A DNA stretch of 36,120 nt from the NCBI GenBank assembly GCA_023645945.1, contig JALAIB010000069.1, positions 1-36,120 of the forward strand, read 5' to 3'. The position numbers and the translations under genes were made by a program. Shown piece by piece: positions 12,279 through 21,700 of this stretch. Origin of the DNA: Diploschistes diacapsis. Lineage: Eukaryota. Position 1 is the first letter of the stretch. Every line of letters starts with the position of its first letter. The notes beneath the pieces were generated by a model. The model ran no database searches. It saw only the letters and a program-made list of their open reading frames with translations, and was not told the origin of the DNA.

Positions 12279-13421
12279 CTAATGTGATTGGCAGGTGCTC
12301 ACAAGACTACGAATGCACTGGGAAATAGCGAACATGGTCATGGCAGCTATCAAGGCTGGCATGAATCCTACATACAGTGAACAAAATTGTGGACAGAACC
12401 ATCCATATAACGGTGGTCCAAGAATAGGCGATGCATCAAATAACCTCCTACCCGCCACTGGCTTGCTGCACCTTCTTCCGCACCAAGGGTCCTTCTTCTG
12501 CTTACATGACCTGCCTTGGGCATAGCAGTTGAGACACAAATCATACTCGCCATAGCAGTGTTCGCAAGCTGGACCACGTAATCAGCAATGTGTCATTGAC
12601 AATCTCGATCACAGCAGCCTTTGATGGAATAGTGATGTGAAACTTGCAGGTTTGCTACTCACAGTATATATCCGTGTTCCGCTGAACCGCATTGCAACCT
12701 TTGCATCAGCATCCATTCCAAAAGAAGCCTCTCGATTACTCAAGGAGACTTGTGGTCTCTTTGGTGCATGATGCGAAGCCCATGATCTGGTTGATGGTGA
12801 AGGTGCTGAGCTGCGCAGAAGTCGCAAAGGTCAAAAGTGTCGCTTCATTGGCAGCAGTCTATTTCCATCAGCGAGAGTCTTTTCGGTGCCATAGGGTGAA
12901 AGGCTAACGCAGATACTCGGTGAAAGACGTATCGAAATATCTGCTACATCCATGCATCTCAGGCGGTGGAACTTCTCGGACCTCAGCCTTTTACATACTT
13001 GTGGTGGTAGCTTGTCGGTCCACTCGGCCACTGAATCCTCAAGAACTTCGCCAGGAGCGAGATCGACGGCAACGGGCTGGAAATCGTTTCAGGCACCCCA
13101 AAGTCCATACCTCCCTCCACAGCGTCATTGTCGGCCTCGTCGCGCTGATGGAGAGGAACTCCACGTTTCATAAGTTCCGTCTGAATGATGTCGAGTTTGA
13201 GCTTTGCGGAGTCGCCTGCTCGACCGGCGTAGATTGGGTGAAGAACCGTCAGGCCGCCAGTAGCAATGGCATGGACAGTACCGGTTACCACGCCTGCTTC
13301 GCTCTTAGTGATCTGCCGAGTTTTGACGAGCTCATCTTGTTTGAGCGATTGCGTATCTTTCGGCGTTGACGCTAGCCGCATAGGTAGGCGCATCGAATTC
13401 GAACCACTCGTCAACCACCAT
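12279..13421 (-). pseudogene. Disrupted gene: helical/hydrophobic N-terminal domain plus two tandem ZZ-type zinc fingers
   Basis: ATG 13421 MVVDEWFEFDAPTYAASVN, frameshift to KQDELVKTRQ...AIATGGLTVL...IIQTELMKRGVPLH. ZZ1 reads LRC-(frameshift)-GCSRYFDTSFTEYL|HCCQ*SDTFDLCDFC...H...H across a GT-AG intron at 12908-12859, with TGA at 12847-12845 where a Cys is expected. ZZ2 reads C*CKGCNAVQRNTDIY|SCEHCYGEYDLCLNCY across an intron at 12662-12569. The 3' end is approximate. Confidence 0.65.
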
Positions 13422-13939
13422 CCTTGCAGCACAATGACAGTCAAGGCATATGAAGGAGTCATGCATTTTAAGTACTACTCAAGAGGTATAGTCTCCTGGA
13501 GCAACATATGTACCGTACCACAATGTGCTATAGTACCTTAGCTTGCCCAGATTCCTTGTACAAAGTATACGGAGCAAATGAAGAGTTGGTGCTCTAGATC
13601 AATATCCATGATCCAACCAACAACCGTCGTGCCATTCAGTCTCAGCGCTATTTGGAACCTATCTGGGTTACGGATGTGCGTGTTAGCAATGCCTTCCTTG
13701 TAGTAAAACATTCGCCGACCCAAATTCTCCTACTATCAGCTACTGAATCAGAGAATATTTCCAAGGTTTCCTTTGATGGCGTGGCTAATTGTTGACAAGC
13801 GTCGCTACAAGTAGCGCAATGCTACTCTACTGATGGCGGATCACGTAAGCTCAAGGGCAGCTTATGAGCTGCAGGTAGAGCTTCACGGCAGGTTTGATTG
13901 TATCAAATTTCATACAAGATCGTCTGAGCGCTCGCTGTG

Positions 13940-16401
13940 ATGTTTCCTGCGCTTACGCTGGCCGTTCTAACCTTTTGTGTTTTGCAAGCTATTGCTCAAT
14001 TCCCGCCCGAGCCTCAAGGCGTGACGGTGTTGAAGTCCAAATTCCATGAAGGAATTCACATCTCTTACAAAGAAGTAATATGGTCATCTTCTACTGCATT
14101 TCCGTGCTTCTGAGCCTTTCTTATATGAGGTGAAAGATGATGGAGACCTCGACACCATTACTGAACAACGACTATAGCCCAAAATATGTGAAACGACACC
14201 CGGCGTCCGCTCCTACAGCGGCTATGTCCACCTCCCACCCAACGCCCTTGACGAGCCGTGGGAGAGACAGGACTATCCCATCAACACGTAAGGCGGAACC
14301 TGTATACCAAGCCTTACATTCGGCGTTAACATGGCATAGGTTCTTCTGGTTCTTCGAGTCTCGGAAGGATCCCCATCATGCGCCGCTCGTTATATGGCTT
14401 AATGGTGGGCCAGGAGGAAGCTCCTTGGTAGGCTTGTGTAACCCAAGGGAAAATACCATTGAAGCATGGAGTTTTTGACTTTGCTGTAGCTGGGAGCGCT
14501 CAACGAGAACGGGCCCTGCTTCGTGGGCGCGGATTCAAACAGTACATACCTCAATCCTTGGTCTTGGTATATGGCTAGGCAGCTTCTACAGCCATTGTCC
14601 ATACTAAACTCGCTTAGGAACAATGAAGTGAACGTTCTGTATATCGACGAGCCAGTCCAGACCGGCTTCTCCTATGACATCCTCACAAATATCACCCTGA
14701 ACACGCTTGCTGGTGAGCTCGGACACGCTGCTAAGCCAGTAGACTTTTCAGATGGCATTGTGCCCGAACAGAACACCACCTTCTTTGTTGGGACGCATGG
14801 TACTCAGAATGTCACCCATACCGCCAACACTACGATGCATGCTGCTGTAGCTTTTTGGCACTTTGCGCAGACGGTAACAGCTGCTTCCCCTTTCCACACG
14901 AAGCACTCCGCTGACCATTGTTAGTGGTTTGAAGAGTAATTTTGATCCCCATCCCACTTTGCTGTAAGCTAAGACCGTAGATTTCCCGCATATAAGCCGT
15001 ACGACGAGAAGATCAGCCTCTTCGCCGAGTCATACGGCGGCAAATACGGACCTGCCTTCACCAGCTACTTTATCCAACAGAACGAACTTATCGCCAACGG
15101 GACGCTGAAAGGACCTGGGGTGCATTACCTGCACATGGACACATTGGGCATTGTCAACGGTAAGGAAACACTAAGACCCCACTTTACCAAAGCCTTTGCT
15201 CAGCTTCCTACTTCCAGGCTGCATCGACGACCTGTACCAACACGCCGCCTACACCGAATTCACATACAACAACACCTACTCCATCCAGGCCATCAACTCC
15301 ACAGAATACGTCTACCAACTCCACGAGCTGTACCGCTCAGGTGGTGTCCTCGATCAGATCCAGCTCTGCCAAGTCGCCGCCCGGACCCTCGACCCAAATG
15401 AACACGGCGATATTGAAAAGGTTAACGCTCTTTGCTATGCGGCCGGCTATGCTGGCTTCAAGCTCAATTTCGAATCGTACACCCACGATGGGGCCTTTGG
15501 CGAGTGCGACATCACGCACCCTGGCGCGGACGCCTTTCCGACAAACTATTGGACAGGGTTTCTGAATCAGCAGTGGGTGCAGAAGGCGCTTGGGGTGCCG
15601 GTGAATCATTCGAGCGAGGCGGAAATTGTGAGTATGGCTTTTGGAATCACGGGAGATTTTACCAAGGGTGGGCTGGTGGAGGATATCGGGTATGTGCTGG
15701 ACAGGGGGGTGAAGGTTGCGCTGATGTACGGGGACCGGGACTGGTATGTCGAGCCTTACTTATCAGGGATGGTTAATGCTATAATCGAATAGGATCTGTA
15801 ACTGGGTACACTCTACTCCGACCCCAATGCCGTTCTTCCTTTGCCTCAACTGACTTCCATCCAGATCGGCGGTGAAAATGCCTCCCTCCACATCCCCTAC
15901 TCCGACGCCCCCTCCTTCCGCAGCGCAGGTTACGCCCCCATCTCTCTCTCCCCCGCCCACCTCCACAGCGGCGGCCAGGTCCGGCAGCACGGCAACCTCT
16001 CCTTCTCCCGCGTCTACCAGGCCGGGCACATGGTGCCCGCGTACCAGCCCGAAGTCTCCTACCAGATCTTCACGCGAGCGCTGTTCAATAGAGACATCGC
16101 CACCGGCACGATTGATTTGCAGAAGACGGGCTGGAACTATTCGACGGCGGGCCCGGATTCGACGTGGAGAGTGCTCAACGACGTCCTTCCGGCGCCGGAG
16201 CCGGTGTGTTATGTGCTGGAGCCGAGCTCATGTAGCAACGAAGTGTGGCGGGCGGTGAAAGAGAATAGGGTTGTGGTGAGGGATTGGGTCGTTGTTGAGG
16301 TTTTGGAGGAGAGTCGTCAAGAAGAGCGAAAGAAGCCTGGAAACATTGGCTTTGGTGCTGGTGGGCAAGTTGTGCTAGGAGGTGGAAAACTTGACCTGTA
16401 A
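13940..16401 (+). CDS. Secreted serine carboxypeptidase (family S10, carboxypeptidase S1-like), 10 exons
   Basis: Exons 13940-14074, 14178-14287, 14340-14427, 14490-14566, 14618-14873, 14925-14935, 14981-15159, 15218-15743, 15793-15805, 15865-16401. Signal peptide [19 protein letters not shown], then [30 protein letters not shown] and catalytic triad motifs AESYGG, YGDRDWICNW, QAGHMVP. Confidence 0.93.
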
Positions 16402-17007
16402 AAAGTCCAAGACGCCGGTGCCACAGTCGGAGGCTGCATACAGCTGTCCTAGCACTGTTAAGTGTAACTTTTGCTTCAACTCTGGTAGAGCGGGTCCGTT
16501 GAAAAGGTTTCTATTTCAGATTCCCTATCTCCCTCTCTAGTTACATTAGCCAAATGATATTAATTCGAATGATATAGTTCGAGGCTGCCTTTCTCTACGT
16601 GAGTCCATAAGGAACTGGCCGGGCAATTGCGCTGCAAATAAATGGAGCTAGAAATTGCAAACCCTCCCCTGGTCTCTGTGGCTTTCTGCTCTTTGTATCT
16701 TGGTGTTTTTTGACCTCTTGAGATGTGCTTTGCATGAGTTTAAACGAACGTAGATTATAACGCTCTTCAGAGTCTTCAGAGAACGCGCCATTAGTAGATC
16801 AAATACCATCCAATCTCGCAGACAGAGTAAAGGCTCCCCAAAAAAACAACGCAGATGCCAAAGTCAAAGGCGCAGAAGAACTTGATCTGAAGTCCCTTCA
16901 AGCTCCCGAGGCATGAACTTCGCTTGCCTACTTTGAGGCCCTGAAACTGGCCTTAAGATCCAACCTATTGCTTGGAAGAGCCTCGTTTACCCTAAAACCT
17001 CAGCTCT

Positions 17008-17691
17008 TCACCACGACGACAGAGCAGCCAGTACCTTCCTCGCCTCCTCAACAGCTCTGCCGTCGCTGAGAATGGCAGCTATCAAAGCCGAGTCTATCAA
17101 GGGGAACTCCGCTTGCAGCACATGCTGACTGTCATACGCATGTTCCGACGCCGACAAAGCTGAATCGTCCACGCCGTCCTCCGCCTTGAGCATTGACGGG
17201 GTTGATTCTTCTTTACCTCGGCCTCCACGAGTCGGGGCGAAAGTAACATAATCCCCCAAACTCCTCGACTCCGCCGGCAAAGGTGAAACCGAATGTCCCG
17301 GATAGCCATCATCAGCGTACGCAACAAGCCCACCACGTCCGCCGCCACGCCTTCCATACCTTCCGCGCTGCCCTCGTCCTGAAGAAATTGGACGCTCACT
17401 CTCGCGCAAATGTTCAGAAGGAGAAGCCGAAGCCCAAGGTAGATACACAGGAGAAGCTTCCTCTGAAGATACGGAGCTGGTACCAGTTGCTGTGTCTGGG
17501 GTGGACGATAGTGACTGGACCCGTCCGATCTGGCCGTCCTGTAACCGGACCTTGATTCCATGCGGGTGGTCACCGCGGGTGAGTATGTCGGCGATGCGGC
17601 CGGCGGTCAGTCTGCCGGAGCGTTGGTCCGCTTTCAGAATGATGTTTACGCGGGTACCGGCGCACAGGGCGGATGCTACGGGGACGGGCAT
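17008..17691 (-). CDS. YwbE/DUF2196-domain protein with RGG-rich linker and C-terminal CUE-like domain
   Basis: Intronless 227-aa ORF. VNIILKADQRSGRLTAGRIADILTRGDHPHGIKVRLQDGQIGRVQ is the YwbE signature. Linker GRGQRGRYGRRGGGRGG. C-terminal LQAEFPLIDSALIAAILSD...VEEARKVLAAL fits the CUE pattern (FP motif then three short helices). Confidence 0.82.
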   Translation of the reverse strand: MPVPVASALCAGTRVNIILKADQRSGRLTAGRIADILTRGDHPHGIKVRLQDGQIGRVQSLSSTPDTATGTSSVSSEEASPVYLPWASASPSEHLRESERPISSGRGQRGRYGRRGGGRGGLVAYADDGYPGHSVSPLPAESRSLGDYVTFAPTRGGRGKEESTPSMLKAEDGVDDSALSASEHAYDSQHVLQAEFPLIDSALIAAILSDGRAVEEARKVLAALSSW

Positions 17692-18046
17692 TGTGTGGGG
17701 GGGAGAATGTTCGCAGTTTGTACGTAGATGGTGTGGAACGGACTGTGAAGCGTGGGATCAGGAGTGTTCTGCTTATTGGGATCTGATGCAGGGAGCTACT
17801 AGGCTTTTCTCTTACCAAGTACCCCCTTTCAATTCAAACATATAGAGGAGGGTCTGCGCGCAATACGCCCTTCTTTGGGGCTGTGGGAATGAACCAGCGA
17901 TCCCCTACTAGACAATCGAGTGATGCATGGAGAATGGTGTAAAGTAGCTCTTGTATCTGACCTCGATTTATTATCATTCTTAAGCGTCTTCACAAAGCTA
18001 CACCAAAAAGGCGATCCCGTGGCTTCCAAGCAATCCTTCCTGAGCC
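17692..18046. promoter_or_regulatory. Short divergent intergenic region between the YwbE-CUE gene and the glutathione-synthetase-like gene
   Basis: 355 bp between head-to-head start codons. No specific binding site identified. Confidence 0.5.
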
Positions 18047-19600
18047 ATGCTCGACCAGCTTCCATGGCCGCCTGAGACCAACGACGAGCAGCTCGCGGCT
18101 TTAGTGCAGCATATTCACGACTGGCAAATCACCCACAGCTCCCTACTCAAGCTTATCTGGACAGAGCAAAAGCACACCGTTCTTGCCCAGCCTATCGGTG
18201 TCTCCTTGTGGCCGACGCTCTTTCCCAAAGCCTCTTTCGAGCAAGCCTTGCGCCTACAGACAGACTTCAACGAGCTCTACACCGCCGCAGCCTGCGATGA
18301 AGAATGGCTCTACCAAACGCTAAAGCCGCTGATGACAGCGGGTAGCCTGACCTCGAAGCTATGGAGCATCCACGAGAAAGTCAAGGAGGAAGGCTACGTA
18401 CAGCAGACCTCTCTCGGCATATTCCGATCCGACTACATGCTCCACGCCGTCCCAAATCCAGGAAGCAGACCCTCGCTCAAGCAGGTCGAATTCAACACCT
18501 TCTCCTGCGCCGGAGCCTGTCACTCCAGCCAGATCTCCTCCCTCCACCGCCATCTGCAGAGAATAGGCGCCTATCCAACCTCCATTTCTCCACCCAACAG
18601 CACAATCCCAAACCCCATCACCCTCCCGGCCAGCGACAACACCTCCTCCCTCGCCTCCGCCCTAGCAAAAGCACACCGCGCCTACGGCCCGCCCAAAAGC
18701 CGCTCCGCCCCGCAAACCGGCATCCTCATGCTCGTCCAGCCGTGCAACGTAAACATCTGCGATGAGCGGCCCCTCGAATACGCGCTCTGGGACCGCGGCA
18801 TCCCCACCTACCGCGCCACGTTCCCGGACGACGTCACATCTCACACCTCCTCGACCTCGACGCGGGAACTATTGTACCGCCCCCCGACCCGCACCCGGCA
18901 CCACCTGCCGCCGCTGGAGATCTCGGTCGCGTACCTGCGCGCGGGCTACGACGAGGCCGAGTACGCGACGGACCAGGGCGTCGCCGCGAGATACCGGCTC
19001 GAGCGGTCGCGCGCGATCAAGTGCCCGTCGCTGCTGGCGCACCTGACGACGCTGAAGAAGGTGCAGCAGGTGCTGGCGCGGCCGGGGGTGCTGGAGCGCT
19101 TTCTGTCGGCGGAGAAGGCAGGGAGGGTGCGGGAGACGTTCATGCCGATGTATCCGCTCGATAGGTCGGAGGCTGGGATGGAGGGGAGAACGCTTGCTTT
19201 TGATTGGAAGATGTCGGGGAGCCATGTGCTCAAGCCATCGCTGGAGGGAGGGGGGCATAATGTTTATGGGAAGGAGATTCCGGAGTTTTTGGAACAGTTG
19301 CCGACGGACATGTTCGGCGCGTATGTCTTGATGGAAACTATAAGGCCGCCGCCTTTGCGGAACGTGCTGATGTCGCCGAGGGGCGTGCATGAGGGGCCAG
19401 TGATTAGCGAGCTCGGTGTTCTTGGTCTGTGCTTGTGGAATCACCAGGGCGATAATGGCAAGCAAGAGGTTAATTGTGACCTTCTGATGAATGAGCAAGC
19501 AGGCTTCACTTTCAAGACCAAAGCGAGTGAGGTTGACGAGATGAGCGTGGTGAAGGGCTATGGATGCTTCGATAGCCCATGCTTGATTGATGACGAATAA
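18047..19600 (+). CDS. Eukaryotic glutathione synthetase-like ATP-grasp ligase (divergent paralogue)
   Basis: Intronless 517-aa ORF with GSS landmarks LGIFRSDYMLH, LKQVEFNT, YLRAGY, LERSRAIKCPS, KKVQQVL, VLKPxxEGGGxNVYG, YVLMETIRPP, ISELG and GxGCFDSP. Substrate-binding loops deviate from canonical Gsh2, so no symbol is given. Confidence 0.88.
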   Translation: MLDQLPWPPETNDEQLAALVQHIHDWQITHSSLLKLIWTEQKHTVLAQPIGVSLWPTLFPKASFEQALRLQTDFNELYTAAACDEEWLYQTLKPLMTAGSLTSKLWSIHEKVKEEGYVQQTSLGIFRSDYMLHAVPNPGSRPSLKQVEFNTFSCAGACHSSQISSLHRHLQRIGAYPTSISPPNSTIPNPITLPASDNTSSLASALAKAHRAYGPPKSRSAPQTGILMLVQPCNVNICDERPLEYALWDRGIPTYRATFPDDVTSHTSSTSTRELLYRPPTRTRHHLPPLEISVAYLRAGYDEAEYATDQGVAARYRLERSRAIKCPSLLAHLTTLKKVQQVLARPGVLERFLSAEKAGRVRETFMPMYPLDRSEAGMEGRTLAFDWKMSGSHVLKPSLEGGGHNVYGKEIPEFLEQLPTDMFGAYVLMETIRPPPLRNVLMSPRGVHEGPVISELGVLGLCLWNHQGDNGKQEVNCDLLMNEQAGFTFKTKASEVDEMSVVKGYGCFDSPCLIDDE

Positions 19601-19664
19601 AGAGCGCTATCAATGGCATTAAACAGTTCCCTGAACGCCTGCACCATAAGCCAGCTTCGCATTT

Positions 19665-21482
19665 TCAGCTTGCATCATCATATTCGCCAACCTCACGATC
19701 CTCAAATTCCATGAAACCGCTCTCATTCCCTGTGATGTGCTGCCAAGCCCTGCGGACTTCTCGCAGCACGCTGTCGTTAAATGCAAGATCAGTACTGGGG
19801 TTTGACAAGAGGACGGTCTTGTCCGGTGGCTCAGAGGCTGGGTCTTCTGAATAGGATGACTCTTCATTCGTCCATGCTTTTTGGGAATAGAAGAGACTCC
19901 AAAGCATATCGATCTCCTCACCGTCCTTGGCAGATGTACTCAACAATGTCGCCATAGCCATCTCCAACCATTGCTTTCCCTCATCAGCGACCGCTCGAAT
20001 GCTTGCATATAGAATGCCTAATATACACGTCAGCAAGGTACTCCAGCATCTTCCTGATCGCTTGAGAAACAGAAAACGCATTGTCAGAATGTCAGAGGTA
20101 ATTATCCCCAAAGAAAGTTCGGATAATGTAGATAAGTATTCATATTTCACAATCATCATTTGCGTTGCTGAAAAAAGGGTGCTTAACTTACTTTGACCAG
20201 CCGGGCATTCTCCCGTTTCACTGCTGTGAACCATGATGTATACAGGCGTAGAGTTCATCGAGCCACCCTGCTGTAACGATGAAGGTGGGAACACAACGAC
20301 TGTACAAGCCGAAGGAGGAGCGCCGTCGGCAATTGGAGGAAACAAAATAGCTAAATCAGAGGCTACAATCGATATAGACCGTGTGAAAAGACCCGTTTCT
20401 GGTACACTTTCTGTGCTTGACTGCAGATCTTCTCTTAAGCCTGTTTTCCACTTTGTCTTGACTCGCTCAGCGTTTCCAAGCATGAGCCGATAGTAATCAT
20501 CAGAGTTGCTAGGAACGCCTTGCACTCCCTTGCCGAGCATATAGACACCACCGCCAACTGCACATGCCCGGCATCCAACCTGTGCAATTTCAGCTAGGCC
20601 GCCCCATTTAGGAACAACAGCTCCGAAGCCTGGCCCAAAAGTTCCTATGGAAGACAAATGTCTCAATATTCGCGGCAGAGCAAACGATGTTTTAGTCTGT
20701 GCCGCAGGAGAAGGAGACAACGTGAGAGCTTGTATGATTGGCTGTAGCTGTAGTGGTATATTGTATTGCTGGGAGAGGAAGTTTTCGAACGAACTATCTC
20801 CAAACTCTTCAATGGCCTGCGAGAAAGCTTCGGGATCTGTGATGAATTTCAAGAACCTCATCAACAATCTCTTAGATTTCAGATCTATTGACTTGTCGGC
20901 GAAGACGTCTTCGCGACTGCTTGGAATTTTCCTGAGGCTGCCATTGCCGCCATCTGAGCGCTGTTCGTAGATCCACCATGCCCCTACTGCTAGGAATTCC
21001 AACTGTCGATAAACCTTGGAAGATACTAGGGTCGGTAGCAAAGCCGATTTAGAGTAGATGATCTGCGGGGACAGAGCAAGGCTGTATGCTCTCGAGAACC
21101 CTAATGTAGAGCCCTCAAAAATGCTGTCTCCCGTTTGTGACTTGGACACAATGTGGGCATCGAAGAACTCCGATGACCCTAATTCAAATGAGCCCGAGTT
21201 GATGCTATAGTTGAACCGAGCGCACCTCTGCTTACGCTCTTCACCCATTCTTCAGCATCTTGAAGACTGAGCGCCGCCTCTGCGCCGCCATAGTAGTTGT
21301 TTCGATCAACATGGAGAATCTTCTTGTCCGATCGGGATAAAGCTCTTGTGTAAGCGCCTGGTCAGTCAGAAAGGAAGTAGACCGTGTAGACGATAAGTTA
21401 CTTACAGTGCTAGTAACGACTGTGCGAGCCCCGTACCTGCGATGACAAGGTCAAAGTTAGTCTCGCTGATGGAGTCCATCAT
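19665..21482 (-). CDS. MRS6: Rab escort protein / Rab geranylgeranyltransferase component A (GDI/REP family), 4 exons
   Basis: Exons 21482(or 21479)-21406, 21344-21226, 21178-20192, 20017-19665. FDLVIAGTGLAQSLLALALSRSDKKILHVDRNNYYGG, LVSSKVYRQLEFLAVG, IPSSREDVF, WGGLAEIAQVGCRACAVGGGVYML, HSSETGECPAGQ and an acidic C-terminus. Confidence 0.92.
20075..20166 (-). ncRNA. snR62: Intronic box C/D snoRNA, snR62/SNORD34 (U34) orthologue
   Basis: Inside MRS6 intron 20191-20018. Box C ATGATGA 20159-20153, D' CCGA 20122-20119, box D CTGA 20087-20084 (a second CTGA at 20095-20092), terminal stem AACGCA/TGCGTT. The 14-nt guide CTTATCTACATTAT before D' is complementary to LSU rRNA AUAAUGUAGAUAAG as recalled. 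Confidence 0.85.
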
Positions 21483-21700
21483 AGCATTTGTGGGAAGTTT
21501 TGAAATTTTATGGTCAGAGCGGAAACCTAAAAGACCCCAATGTGTCCCTTTTTCCTTGGCGAAGACATGGCCTGGGCGGAGTCAAATCCTTATCTTTTCA
21601 GTGGTAGAGTGATGATATGTAGCTCTTCTGCGCTACATGTATAAGGCTCATTCCTTTTTCTCGGTCGGGCTCTATTGAGATACGAGAATGCCTTGCTTGT

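Noticed and set aside
14075..14177. Possible snoRNA in the longer first carboxypeptidase intron (ATGATGG ... CTGA)
   Set aside because: The box C match is imperfect, the spacing is too short, the CTGA doubles as a likely branch region, and there is no terminal stem or recognisable guide.
17008..17691. Recent horizontal transfer of YwbE from bacteria
   Set aside because: The domain is fused to eukaryote-type RGG and CUE-like parts and its composition matches its neighbours. Lack of introns alone is not evidence; a phylogeny is needed.
18869..19498. 209-aa antisense ORF within the GSS-like gene, and similar antisense ORFs in the BTB and ADH genes
   Set aside because: Expected shadows of GC-rich coding sequence; no motifs.
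19665..21248. ORF-track 527-aa single-exon model for MRS6
   Set aside because: It begins in the wrong frame of exon 2, reads through intron 2 and the snoRNA intron, and lacks the GDI/REP N-terminal motif encoded at 21482-21226.
21607..21640. GTGATGA followed by a small hairpin (ATGTAGC...GCTACAT) upstream of MRS6
   Set aside because: No nearby matching box D with a terminal stem or guide; a 7-bp stem is within chance expectation.
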